Below, piece by piece: positions 17,788 through 27,214 of a DNA stretch of 64,000 bases; the first letter of the stretch is position 1; the number at the start of each line of letters is the position of its first letter. Origin of the DNA: Poseidonia sp. Lineage in GTDB: Archaea > Thermoplasmatota > Poseidoniia > Poseidoniales > Poseidoniaceae. A model generated the notes under the pieces. The model did not search any database, had not been told where the DNA came from, and was given only the letters and a program-made list of their open reading frames with translations. Location of the stretch: assembly GCA_049600935.1 (NCBI GenBank), contig JBMYQB010000001.1:14095-78094 (forward strand), read 5' to 3'. The translations under genes and the position numbers were made by a program.

Positions 17788-18096
17788 GTGGGATTGAATC
17801 TCGAGCAAGATTGGGAGATGATTTCAGCTCGCTTCGGCGAGATGTTCCGTGGCCTTGGCCTCGTGTCAACGGATTCATCCATGCTGACCTTTCGCTCCAA
17901 ACCTCCAGCCGTTCCCACAGGTATCAGTCTTGACCGTCAAGGGCGCCTCTTGGCCAACATGCCGCTTCATTCCATCGAGTCGTCCTTCACGACCGTGTTC
18001 TTTGACGACGCCTTGACCTTTCTCCGATTGGAAGGGCCAGAAGCGCGCTACACCTACACCGTACCTTCGGAAATCCTCGCTCTGCGGGAGGATTAG
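17788..18096 (+). CDS. Hypothetical protein
   Basis: This is the only ORF filling the gap between mutY and the convergent lipoprotein gene. No recognisable motif. An alternative ATG start lies at 17818. Confidence 0.35.
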   Translation: MGLNLEQDWEMISARFGEMFRGLGLVSTDSSMLTFRSKPPAVPTGISLDRQGRLLANMPLHSIESSFTTVFFDDALTFLRLEGPEARYTYTVPSEILALRED

Positions 18097-18098
18097 AG

Positions 18099-18674
18099 CT
18101 ACACGGTGGCCGTGGTGTTCCAACCCGTTTCTGGAGAAAATGTAGCGGTGGAAACGCTGTTCCAAAGGTCGGCGATGTAGGTTTGATTGGTTTCTTTTCC
18201 AATCTCAACGTGGTAGACGTAGCCTTGATGATTAACGAAGACAGCGTGTGGAATGGATTTGGCTTCAACCTCCATGGCCAGATCTGGATGAAGGATGAAC
18301 GGACGATTGAAGGTGCGGTTGAGGTTTTGTTCGGTGGTGTTGTGCCACTCGCTCATGTTGGCGTATTCTTCACGGGATTCTCGTGAAAACACCACCAACT
18401 TGTCCTCTGGAACGACTTGGTCGTAGGCGTCCAGCGTCGATTCGCAATGAGCACACCACGGAGCGGAAAAATATGCAAGATAGGACGTGTTGTCAAACTG
18501 ATTCATCGATCGTGAAGTGTTGGTGTGGTCCACGCCATCCCATTGTGGAAAGACCACGGCAATGGGGGCTTCTGCCTGTTCCTCCTGAACCTCCGGAACG
18601 GTCTCCTTGGTGACACAGCCCGCCAGAACGAGGCTGAGACAAAGCAGAACGCTCGTCCATCGCTTCATGTACAT
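18099..18674 (-). CDS. Thioredoxin-fold thiol-disulfide oxidoreductase lipoprotein (TlpA/ResA-like)
   Basis: Lipobox signal MYMKRWTSVLLCLSLVLAGC. Active-site FSAPWCAHCE (CxxC). Confidence 0.75.
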   Translation of the reverse strand: MYMKRWTSVLLCLSLVLAGCVTKETVPEVQEEQAEAPIAVVFPQWDGVDHTNTSRSMNQFDNTSYLAYFSAPWCAHCESTLDAYDQVVPEDKLVVFSRESREEYANMSEWHNTTEQNLNRTFNRPFILHPDLAMEVEAKSIPHAVFVNHQGYVYHVEIGKETNQTYIADLWNSVSTATFSPETGWNTTATV

Positions 18675-18692
18675 GGATGTGGCCTCCGTTTC

Positions 18693-19397
18693 TTAATCCT
18701 GTTGTGATGCTGCCTTAGCGTCGTAGAGTTCGTAGGAGAAGGAGGCCAGACACAACATCAGGCCCCCAACCAGGATGTATTCGGCAGGCGCTGCAATTCG
18801 AATGCCTTGTTGCGCTTGGTTGAGGAATTCAACGGTGTTCATTCCCGTGGGGTCAACCTCGCTCGCTGCGGATTGAAAGGCGACGACCATGACGACAAAA
18901 CCAACGGCAGCCATTCCAAATCCAAGGTTGCGTAGACGCTTTCCCTTCGCTGTGGCTTGATGCCCAAGAGCAACACTCGCCAACAAGGCCCAAACGACGC
19001 CTCCCCCAAAGGCCAACATGGCCGTGAGAATGTGCGGGTTGATGTGTTCGTACATGTCGTAATGGCTGACCAGGATGGTATTCAACGAGGCTAGCATGCC
19101 AATGAGTGTAGCCAAGAACCAGAGATGAGGACGTTGCGCCTCTAGCGTGTGATACAGATGCCATGCGTAGGTCATTTGCACCGCACCACCGACGGTCAAA
19201 CCAAGGGTGAACACCGCACCGTCCAAGCCTGTGAAATCGGCTTCCGAGATGAAGAACGGTACGGCGCGTGGACCTGCGAGTGCGTGAAGGGACATGGCCA
19301 CCAAAATCGTGATGGTTGGTACGAGATAACTCGCTCGAGCAAGGAGCAGGCCCTGGTCGTGGGTCAAAGGAAGACGTCGACCGTATCTTGGATGCAT
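18693..19397 (-). CDS. Hypothetical polytopic membrane protein
   Basis: Six or more hydrophobic helices are visible. The 5' end overlaps the upstream SDR gene by 34 nt, so the true start may be internal. Confidence 0.55.
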   Translation of the reverse strand: MHPRYGRRLPLTHDQGLLLARASYLVPTITILVAMSLHALAGPRAVPFFISEADFTGLDGAVFTLGLTVGGAVQMTYAWHLYHTLEAQRPHLWFLATLIGMLASLNTILVSHYDMYEHINPHILTAMLAFGGGVVWALLASVALGHQATAKGKRLRNLGFGMAAVGFVVMVVAFQSAASEVDPTGMNTVEFLNQAQQGIRIAAPAEYILVGGLMLCLASFSYELYDAKAASQQD

Positions 19398-20383
19398 GTG
19401 TCAAAGTCCTCCCATTCCAGCCCCAGCACCTTCTCTGCTTTGGCACTTGAGTAGTCGGTATCACCGCCCATCATGTTCTTCGCCACGGCTCGGGTCAGGT
19501 AGCGTTGACGGCCAAACTTTCCACCCAACCAGTCTTGGAACACCGCCAGCGGCACGAGGACATTGGGAAGGCTGTATTTGGGGGCCTTGGTGGTTGGATT
19601 GAGGGTCCGTATACGCTTGCAGATGGTGGCCAGCGTGATGTTGGCGTGGGGCGCCAAAATGAACCGACCTTCCGCTTCGTCCACCTCAAAGGCTCGTCGG
19701 TGAGCCTTTGCAACGTCTCGAACGTGAACCACCGACATGGGAAACTTCGGCACAACAGGGTAGCTCCCTGCGATGGCGTCCCCGAAGAAATCCACGCTGG
19801 GCGTTGGTCGCACGAACCCACCTCCGAGCACAGCGGTGGGGTTGATGACCCGAAGGTCCAAACCGAGTTCTTCTGCAAGATTCCACGCAAGTCGCTCCGA
19901 TTGGGTCTTGGCGGTGGTGTAGGGCAGCGATGTATCGGTGTTCCAGACGGATTCGTCTTTGGTGGTTCCTTTTGGAGACGTACCCACAGCGGCGGTACTC
20001 GAGGTGTAGATGACACGTTGAATCCCCGTTTCTGCGGCTGCATGGAGCAGGTGAGTCGTACCTTTGTTGGCCGTGTCTAAAATGGTGGTCGCTGTTGCGC
20101 GGGTCGAATACATGGTGGCGGTGTGAAACAACCCGTCGCAACCCTCCAGCATCTCGCTCCAGCCGTCGGCCTCCAGCACGTCACCCTCAACGAGTTCCAA
20201 CCGATCCTCAAGGCCGAGCTTCGTTGCGTGCGCTCTAACATGATCGGTTTTGGAGGCGTCGTTGAGGTCGCGAACCGACCCACGAACGCGGTAGCCGTTC
20301 TCCAGCAGGTCTCGGACGATGTGGTTGCCAATGTGGCCGTTGACGCCCGTAACGAAGATTCGCTGACGAGACTCACCCTCCAT
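19364..20383 (-). CDS. NAD(P)-dependent SDR-family oxidoreductase (extended SDR, aldehyde/dihydroflavonol reductase-like)
   Basis: Rossmann motif IFVTGVNGHIGNHIVRDLL. Catalytic YTTAK (YxxxK). Confidence 0.8.
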   Translation of the reverse strand: MEGESRQRIFVTGVNGHIGNHIVRDLLENGYRVRGSVRDLNDASKTDHVRAHATKLGLEDRLELVEGDVLEADGWSEMLEGCDGLFHTATMYSTRATATTILDTANKGTTHLLHAAAETGIQRVIYTSSTAAVGTSPKGTTKDESVWNTDTSLPYTTAKTQSERLAWNLAEELGLDLRVINPTAVLGGGFVRPTPSVDFFGDAIAGSYPVVPKFPMSVVHVRDVAKAHRRAFEVDEAEGRFILAPHANITLATICKRIRTLNPTTKAPKYSLPNVLVPLAVFQDWLGGKFGRQRYLTRAVAKNMMGGDTDYSSAKAEKVLGLEWEDFDTCIQDTVDVFL

Positions 20384-20451
20384 AGGCCACGGGAGGGGCG
20401 CGTCCCGTATGAACCTTCAAGTGCAACCCATCGCAGCGAGAATTGAAGCCC

Positions 20452-21939
20452 ATGCCCATTCGCTTGCACGACACCCGTCGACGAGAAAAGGTGAATTTCA
20501 CCACGCTCGAACCCGGAAAGGTGTCCATGTACGTATGTGGTGTCACCGTATACGACCGCTGTCATCTTGGTCATGCTCGGTGCTACTTGGCGTTCGATTT
20601 GATTCATCGTTGGCTTGAGGCAAGCGGTTACGATGTTCATTATGTGCAAAATTTCACCGATATTGACGACAAAATCATTCACCGAGCGAACGAACTCGAT
20701 GGAGACTGGCAATCCTTGGTTGAGCAAAACATTGAGGCCTATTACGAGGACATGGACGCCTTGAACATCCTGAGGGCTGATGTCTATCCTCGATGCACGG
20801 AATACGTTGACGACATGATTCGTATCACGCAGGACCTTATCGACAAAGGTCACGCCTACGAGGCGAACGACGGTGTCTACTTCCATGTTGAATCCGCTCC
20901 AGAAAAGTACGGTCAGCTGACGGGTCAGTCCATTGATGCCGTGCGTTCGGGGGCAGGAGGGCGCGTTGACGAGACAGGTTCGGGCAAGCGGGACCACAAG
21001 GACTTCGCCCTTTGGAAAGCGGCCAAGCCCGGCGAACCAACATGGGAATCACCTTGGGGGCCAGGTCGACCGGGATGGCACATTGAATGTACGGCGATGT
21101 CGCTTGACCATTTTGAAAAGGAATTTGACATTCATGGAGGGGGCCACGACCTACGTTTCCCTCATCACGAGGCTGAAATTTTTCAAGGCGAGTGCCACAC
21201 CGGCCATTCCCCCGTTGTTCATCACTGGTTGCACAACGGTTTTGTCAACATTGACGGCGAGAAAATGAGCAAATCCCTCGATAATTTTTGGACGATTCGA
21301 GACATTCTGGCACAGGTTGATGCCATGGTGCTTCGTTTCGCTCTCATCAATGCGCACTACCGTTCCCCCATCGACATGAACGAGGCCTTGCTCAACGATG
21401 CAGAACGAAATTACAATCGGTTGTTGGCGTGTTACGTCGAGGCCCTCAAGGCACAGATTCATCCTTCTCCCGTCGCGCTGCCTCAACCCGATGTTTCGTC
21501 CTCCTTGCCCCTTGCTCGCTCCCTCGGACTGCTCGAGAAAATGGGGGAAGGTTTTGCCATGGCGATGGACGATGATTTCAATTCACGGGAAGCCGTTGCC
21601 AAGGTCCTTGGTATGGTTCGAGAGATCACCAAAGTGCTCAACACGGAGATGGAAGCGGCTGACCGCAATGCGTTTGCCCACTACGCTGTGGATTTGCTTG
21701 AGGAAACAGCCGGCCGAGTGTTGGGTGTGCTTCCACCCCAGGACGTGGCGTTGGCTGAACCAGAAGAAGACCCTCGTAAGGCGGAAATCGCCGATGAAGT
21801 CGAGGCGCTCCTGCTCCAACGCAGTGAGGCAAGAGCCAGCAAAGATTGGGCGCTGGCCGACGAAATACGAGACCAACTCAACGCACTGGGTGTGGTGGTA
21901 ACCGACACGGCCAGCGGGCCTGAATGGGACCTTGCCTGA
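20452..21939 (+). CDS. cysS: Cysteine--tRNA ligase
   Basis: YVCGVTVYDRCHLGHAR (HIGH region). GEKMSKSLDNF (KMSKS). WHIECTAM zinc-site region. Start at the ATG giving MPIRLHDTRRREKVNF. Confidence 0.95.
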   Translation: MPIRLHDTRRREKVNFTTLEPGKVSMYVCGVTVYDRCHLGHARCYLAFDLIHRWLEASGYDVHYVQNFTDIDDKIIHRANELDGDWQSLVEQNIEAYYEDMDALNILRADVYPRCTEYVDDMIRITQDLIDKGHAYEANDGVYFHVESAPEKYGQLTGQSIDAVRSGAGGRVDETGSGKRDHKDFALWKAAKPGEPTWESPWGPGRPGWHIECTAMSLDHFEKEFDIHGGGHDLRFPHHEAEIFQGECHTGHSPVVHHWLHNGFVNIDGEKMSKSLDNFWTIRDILAQVDAMVLRFALINAHYRSPIDMNEALLNDAERNYNRLLACYVEALKAQIHPSPVALPQPDVSSSLPLARSLGLLEKMGEGFAMAMDDDFNSREAVAKVLGMVREITKVLNTEMEAADRNAFAHYAVDLLEETAGRVLGVLPPQDVALAEPEEDPRKAEIADEVEALLLQRSEARASKDWALADEIRDQLNALGVVVTDTASGPEWDLA

Positions 21940-24480
21940 TCACTCGTTTTCATCGCCGGGCGGTGCCATCGGCGGTGGTGCAGGAACGAAAGCGGCTGAA
22001 GCCGCTGCCTCGGTTTCTTGTTCGTCCCACATTTTCTCGATTTGAACTTCGGCGGCTAAGGCGTCCTCCCCTCCTCGAGAAACAAAATACAATGTGGTCA
22101 ACATCACGGCGATTAAGGCAAAGAAGAGAAGAAGGGCCTGGTCCTCCACGTTGTCCTCTTCTGCTTGCGAGGTGTCCACGGGCGTGCCGACATCGTCGTT
22201 GTTCTGATTTGTATCAGGTTCCGTGGTCGTATCGGTGGTGTCATCGTTGGTTCCGGTGGTGTCATCGTTGATTCCGGTCGTATCGTCGTTGGATTCACAC
22301 GGAGGTTGTGTGCCGTCCTCACACGGTTCCGGCGTTGGCTCTTCGACGATTTCGAGTTCCGCGACGGCGTCCAGTGTTTCGGCCCGGTCGTAATACCGGT
22401 CGTACAACAGGGACATGTCCCACTGGAAATTGGCCGTCCCTGAATTGTTGAGGACGTTGAAATAACGCTCGTCGCCGTAGGTGTACCACGGGTCGAGACC
22501 CACGTTGGTCATGCCTCGAGTGACACTGTCAAAGTCGTTGGCGTCGCCGAAGGCAGCGGTCATCTCTTCCACATCGAAGCGCATGGCCATGGTCAAATTC
22601 TCAACGATGCTGCTCCACGATTGAGCGCCGTCCGGCGCAGCGAGGTAGGTGACGTCCACGGATTTGCCAAACTTACCTGCAGGTTCGATATCCTCGCCTT
22701 TCAAGCCCCGCATGATGTCTTCGTCGCCGTAAACGGCAAGACCGCCAACCACGGTGAGTCGTACGTCGGGGTCGATGGCGTTGATGAGGTTTCGATAGGG
22801 GTTGGCGTGGATGTTGTCGACCACAACCAAATCTGCGACCTTGCCCGCCTCGAGCGTTCCGACTTCGTTGTCCCAGTTGGTGGCGATGGCTGCGCTAGAG
22901 GTGACCATCTCAACCAATTCATAATCGGTGAAGATATCACCCAGCATCTCATCGTCCCACAGATCGGCGACCTTCAGTTCGTGCAGGGGGGATTTGGAAC
23001 CGGAGGGTGCCCAGTCGGGTGCGAGCGCAATGTGAACACCTGCGGCCTTTGCAGCAGCAATGTCGGCGGTTTGGCCGTAGAGAAGAAGGTTGGAGAGGGG
23101 CGACCACACCAGCGTCGCTCCAACGTTGGCCATCTGCGTGAATTCTTGTTGACCGAGGGCCACACCGTGGATGAGGACCAGTTCACCGACGAGCAGGTTG
23201 TTTTGCACGAGAATGTCAAACTCAGCACGACTGCGCTCATCAACGCCCTCGGCGATGTGGATGAACCAAGCGTCAAGTTCTCCGCTGGCATTCCCCGTCT
23301 TGATGTGGTTGCCGACATAATCTGAGGTGAGTTCGGTCACCTTGGTATGGATTTCATCCCTGCCGAAGTTGTAGTCCTCAATGTTCCTTGAGAGAACGGT
23401 GGCGTAGCTGTCGTCGGGGTTGCTTGGTCCACCCTGGGCCGCCGTAGCACCACCGACAAGGGACTTCATTTCGATGTATTTCATCGCTTGCGATTCCATG
23501 TTCCAGTAGGGACCTGAATGCACGAGCATCTTGGGCTTGGTCACCTGTTCGCTGTAGTCTGGATGATTTTTCCATTCGTAGCGGTTGTTGTAGCCGCCCC
23601 ATGCGTTTCGATTGTTCTCGGGAAGGTGAGGCGTCATGTCCCAGAGCGGTGCCTGGTTGTAGTGAAGGTGATTGTGCAGGTCAAGCAGCCCGGGGTAGAT
23701 GGTCCCGTTCGTTTCAAGAATGGGTACATTCGTAAGTTGAATGTCGGAAGGGACCTCGTCTTCCCACACGGCTTCAATCATCCCGTCTTTGACCAGAATA
23801 TGCCCTTCGTTGATGACGTCGGCCTCACCCGTCATGGGCACAATTCGGCCCTTCAGCACGTAGGCGCCTTCGTGGACGTTGTCGTTGAGGCCGTAGCATC
23901 GTACCATGTTCTGCGCCACCGAATAGGTCGCATCATCGCCCCATCCGGGTGTCGGAGGCGAGACCTTGGAAACGGTGCCGTTAGCCGCCTTGACGTAGGA
24001 GGTATCCCACCACGAGTCCTCCTCGGGGAAGGAGAGCGTGTCAATGACGTTGCCAAAGCTGTCAGAGATGGTGGCGGTGTCACCGTCCCAATAATCGAGT
24101 TCAATACGGGAACTGTCTCGGAAGATGACGATGTACGAATCGGGTTCAATGGTGGTGTTCCACGCCAGCCGACAAGGAGCAGAACCACCACCTGTCATGT
24201 CGTCAAGCAACCAATCAGAAACGTCCACCGGTTCACTTCCTGAGTTCCATAGTTCAATGAATTGGTCGGAGGAAGAGCCAATGTCGCCGTCGTTGTTCCA
24301 GTCGGTGCCGTTGTACTCTGCCGAAGAGGCCGAGACGAGGATTTCGGTGATGCGCACATCGTTCGCACCACGAGCAGCGGTCTCGCTTTCTTGGGCACTG
24401 GCGACCGAAAGTATGCCGCCAGCGCTCTGACCGACGAAGAGGACGAGAATCAAGAGAGCGAGAGCCACGGGTCTGCGCAT
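21940..24480 (-). CDS. Membrane-anchored secreted amidohydrolase with an N-terminal lamin-tail (LTD) domain
   Basis: Signal MRRPVALALLILVLFVGQSAGG. LTD-like ITEILVSASS...DQFIELWNSGSEPVDVSDWLLDD. Amidohydrolase HxH (LLDLHNHLHYN), IHIAEG, LIHGV and APDWAPSGS. Thr/Asp-rich linker, C-terminal TM LLLFFALIAVMLTTLYFV. Confidence 0.8.
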   Translation of the reverse strand: MRRPVALALLILVLFVGQSAGGILSVASAQESETAARGANDVRITEILVSASSAEYNGTDWNNDGDIGSSSDQFIELWNSGSEPVDVSDWLLDDMTGGGSAPCRLAWNTTIEPDSYIVIFRDSSRIELDYWDGDTATISDSFGNVIDTLSFPEEDSWWDTSYVKAANGTVSKVSPPTPGWGDDATYSVAQNMVRCYGLNDNVHEGAYVLKGRIVPMTGEADVINEGHILVKDGMIEAVWEDEVPSDIQLTNVPILETNGTIYPGLLDLHNHLHYNQAPLWDMTPHLPENNRNAWGGYNNRYEWKNHPDYSEQVTKPKMLVHSGPYWNMESQAMKYIEMKSLVGGATAAQGGPSNPDDSYATVLSRNIEDYNFGRDEIHTKVTELTSDYVGNHIKTGNASGELDAWFIHIAEGVDERSRAEFDILVQNNLLVGELVLIHGVALGQQEFTQMANVGATLVWSPLSNLLLYGQTADIAAAKAAGVHIALAPDWAPSGSKSPLHELKVADLWDDEMLGDIFTDYELVEMVTSSAAIATNWDNEVGTLEAGKVADLVVVDNIHANPYRNLINAIDPDVRLTVVGGLAVYGDEDIMRGLKGEDIEPAGKFGKSVDVTYLAAPDGAQSWSSIVENLTMAMRFDVEEMTAAFGDANDFDSVTRGMTNVGLDPWYTYGDERYFNVLNNSGTANFQWDMSLLYDRYYDRAETLDAVAELEIVEEPTPEPCEDGTQPPCESNDDTTGINDDTTGTNDDTTDTTTEPDTNQNNDDVGTPVDTSQAEEDNVEDQALLLFFALIAVMLTTLYFVSRGGEDALAAEVQIEKMWDEQETEAAASAAFVPAPPPMAPPGDENE
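22231..22296 (-). repeat. Imperfect tandem repeat (about 21-24 nt unit, 3 copies) inside the amidohydrolase linker, encoding (D)DTTG(I/T)NDDTT
   Basis: Plus strand reads ggtggtgtcatcgttggttcc / ggtggtgtcatcgttgattcc / ggtcgtatcgtcgttggattc. Confidence 0.7.
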
Positions 24481-24571
24481 GGCTGTTGGAACAAATCACG
24501 GCTCATAAGTCCCTCTACGATGCGTGCAGGGTTTCACATGCCTTCAAGAAGGGTGGACGTGAGGCTTTCTT

Positions 24572-24952
24572 ATGGCCACCCTCGAAATCAGCGAGCCCAT
24601 GTTCGCCGAGACCATTGAAAACAACGAACTCGTTCTGCTCGATTTTTGGGCGGAGTGGTGCGGACCCTGCAAGGCCTACGGGCCCGTTTACGAACGTGTT
24701 TCCAACGACTTTCCCGACGTTGTTTTTGGAAAGATTGACACCGAAGAACAACAAGCACTCGCAGGAATGTTCGGTATTCGTTCCATTCCCACCACAATTG
24801 CGTTCAAAGAGGGCATCGGCGTCTTTATGCAGCCAGGTGCTCTTCCAGAAGATGCGCTTCGTGATTTGGTTCAGCAACTCCAAGGGCTGGACATGGACGA
24901 GGTCCGTGCTGAAATCGCCGCCAAGGAAGGCGAAGAGAGCAAGGACGATTGA
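24572..24952 (+). CDS. trxA: Thioredoxin
   Basis: LLDFWAEWCGPCK active site. 126 aa. SIPT cis-Pro region. Confidence 0.93.
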   Translation: MATLEISEPMFAETIENNELVLLDFWAEWCGPCKAYGPVYERVSNDFPDVVFGKIDTEEQQALAGMFGIRSIPTTIAFKEGIGVFMQPGALPEDALRDLVQQLQGLDMDEVRAEIAAKEGEESKDD

Positions 24953-25003
24953 ACGAATCACGCCTCCGATTGATTCAAATCACTCCTTTGTGCCCCTTTG
25001 GCC

Positions 25004-26809
25004 ATGGACCTGAAACCCGTGCTGGTCGTGCTGCTCTTTTCGACCAGCATGCTCGCTGGTTGTTTCGGAGAAACCGAGGTCGTGGACCAAGACGGTTCAT
25101 CGGAAAATGTCTACCCCGAACCTTGGGATAGGGCTTCCTTGACCTACGACGATTCGGACATCTACGCACGTGTCAGCGTCAACGGTTCGTATGCCATCGA
25201 TGCGGTGCGCTCTGTTTACGTGCCCGTACCAACAATCACCGCTGCTGATGGAGGCGCAGGACTCACGGGCGATGCCACCGTTCACTTGGGCCTCTGGCTA
25301 CCGGTCATCGAAGGCTGCGACTGGGAAAGTGAATCCCTCGACACCTCGTGCCAGGTCCCCGTCATCGCCGAGGTTGGGCCGTATTACAACGACGGCGATG
25401 TTGATGCGCTGACGCCCGCCGATCGACTCGGCAAGATGCTGATTGAAAACTACGTGCCGCATGGTTTCGGCGTGGCTCAAGTCTCCGTGTTTGGTACTGG
25501 CGAATCCAACCACTGCATGGACCTCATGGGCACCGATGAACAGCGGGGCATTGACGCCGCCGTCACGTGGTTGGGAACACAGGCATGGTCCAACGGCAAG
25601 GTGGGCATGATCGGCAAGTCCTACGATGGCTCGACACCATGGCAGGCCGCCACCTTTGGCAACCCTCACCTTGCGACCATCGTTCCGATGTCCGGCCTCA
25701 TCGGCGTCCACGAATTGATGTGGCGCAACGGGAGCATGGAAGCGAGAGGCATGATTATGCACAACGGCGTCTACGGCTCCTTCGGTATCGACGGCGACAG
25801 CGAAGACGCTCACACGCTCTGTGAGGGCTACATGGAAGGCTACGTCAACGGTCCAGCAGCTTACCTTTCGGGCGGCATGGTCACCTACGCCGGCAACGAT
25901 TATTGGACCGAGCGCTCGTTCCTCGACAGGGTCATTGAGAATTACAACGGTTCGGTCTACATCATTCAGGGCATGCAAGATTGGAACGTTGATCCGCACA
26001 TGTCCTTCCCTACCCATCAAATCGTTGAGGAGGCTGGCATTGAAATCAAGACATTGGCCGGTCAATGGGCTCACGACTATCCTGACCGAACATCAGGTCA
26101 TAGCGCTCTGCCAAGCGGTGAAGGATTGGAGGCCTACCCCTACACGCTGCGATGGGATTGGGCCGATGAAATGCTCTACTGGTTCGACTGGTACCTGAAA
26201 GGGGAAGGCCGAGCACCGACCCTCGGTGTTGAGATGCAGGACAACCGTGGTGGGTGGCGATTTGAAAGCACCTACCCCGCACTGGACACTGAGTATCTCG
26301 AAATCTCCGCCGCGGATTTGAGCCCCTCGGGAGCTTCCATGGTCACCACGACCGAAACCATCACCATGACCTACGGGCCCTTTGAGGAGGACGTCTACAT
26401 CGCCGGCATGCCCACTTTCCACATCGCCGTAACTCCCCACACCGCCAACGGTGCTCACGGCTACCTCGAGATGAGCGACGGCAACGGTCTTCGCCTCGGT
26501 CATGCCGTGATGGATTTCCGTTTCCACGAAGGTGGACGAGACGGACAAGAGGCGCTGGTTGGGTTCCAAACGGTGCTCGGGAAAATGGAATTCATGGCGA
26601 TGGATATTTTCCTCGAACAAGGCGACACCCTCGTCATCACGATGTCCCAAACGGGGCGCGACTACGTGCCTTCACCCGCTGCCGCCGGTGGTTATTCCAT
26701 CAACTGGGCGGAGTCCACTCTAACACTGCCGATTGTCAAGCGCACCTGCGACGACCTGTTCCAGGCGCCAATGCAAGACTACGGTGGCGAAGGCCAACGC
26801 ATCTGCTGA
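25004..26809 (+). CDS. CocE/NonD-family (S15, X-Pro dipeptidyl-peptidase-like) serine hydrolase, lipoprotein
   Basis: Lipobox MDLKPVLVVLLFSTSMLAGC. Nucleophile motif GKSYDGSTPW (GxSYxG). Large C-terminal beta-sandwich region. Confidence 0.75.
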   Translation: MDLKPVLVVLLFSTSMLAGCFGETEVVDQDGSSENVYPEPWDRASLTYDDSDIYARVSVNGSYAIDAVRSVYVPVPTITAADGGAGLTGDATVHLGLWLPVIEGCDWESESLDTSCQVPVIAEVGPYYNDGDVDALTPADRLGKMLIENYVPHGFGVAQVSVFGTGESNHCMDLMGTDEQRGIDAAVTWLGTQAWSNGKVGMIGKSYDGSTPWQAATFGNPHLATIVPMSGLIGVHELMWRNGSMEARGMIMHNGVYGSFGIDGDSEDAHTLCEGYMEGYVNGPAAYLSGGMVTYAGNDYWTERSFLDRVIENYNGSVYIIQGMQDWNVDPHMSFPTHQIVEEAGIEIKTLAGQWAHDYPDRTSGHSALPSGEGLEAYPYTLRWDWADEMLYWFDWYLKGEGRAPTLGVEMQDNRGGWRFESTYPALDTEYLEISAADLSPSGASMVTTTETITMTYGPFEEDVYIAGMPTFHIAVTPHTANGAHGYLEMSDGNGLRLGHAVMDFRFHEGGRDGQEALVGFQTVLGKMEFMAMDIFLEQGDTLVITMSQTGRDYVPSPAAAGGYSINWAESTLTLPIVKRTCDDLFQAPMQDYGGEGQRIC

Positions 26810-26811
26810 AC

Positions 26812-27081
26812 CTAAGACTTGAGCGGCTCGTCCAGCGGAGAAATCTGGCCGCGAACACCAATGGTCCAGCGCAGCGTATCAACCACGGCTTTCGCCCGTG
26901 TGTACTTCATCAACGCCCGCATCTTGTCTGCCTTTGGTCCGGTCATCTTTCTCAGTTTGTACTTCGCTCGTTGTGATTTCATCTCTTGAACGGCTTGTTC
27001 AAGCAACGCGTCAATTTCGACCCACGTGCGGTCATAACTTGCGGTATCTGTCGCCGCCATGTGTTCTTTCATTAATCCCAT
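26812..27081 (-). CDS. Hypothetical small basic helical protein
   Basis: 89-aa ORF in an otherwise uncovered interval. No recognisable motif. Confidence 0.4.
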   Translation of the reverse strand: MGLMKEHMAATDTASYDRTWVEIDALLEQAVQEMKSQRAKYKLRKMTGPKADKMRALMKYTRAKAVVDTLRWTIGVRGQISPLDEPLKS

Positions 27082-27214
27082 GTTGCTTGCCCGACCACCG
27101 AAAACGACACGAACGTTCTCTGTAGATTCTCAATAGACGGGTTCAGTTTCACTCCTGTTCAAACGGCTTTCCTCGCCCACCTCCAGCGTCATCCTCTTAA
27201 GCCCTTGACAAACG

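Noticed and set aside
20077-20997. A 306-aa minus-strand ORF spanning the SDR 5' end, the divergent promoter gap and the cysS 5' region.
   Set aside because: It overlaps two well-supported genes on both strands and has no motifs. It would leave no promoter space, so it is most likely a spurious frame.
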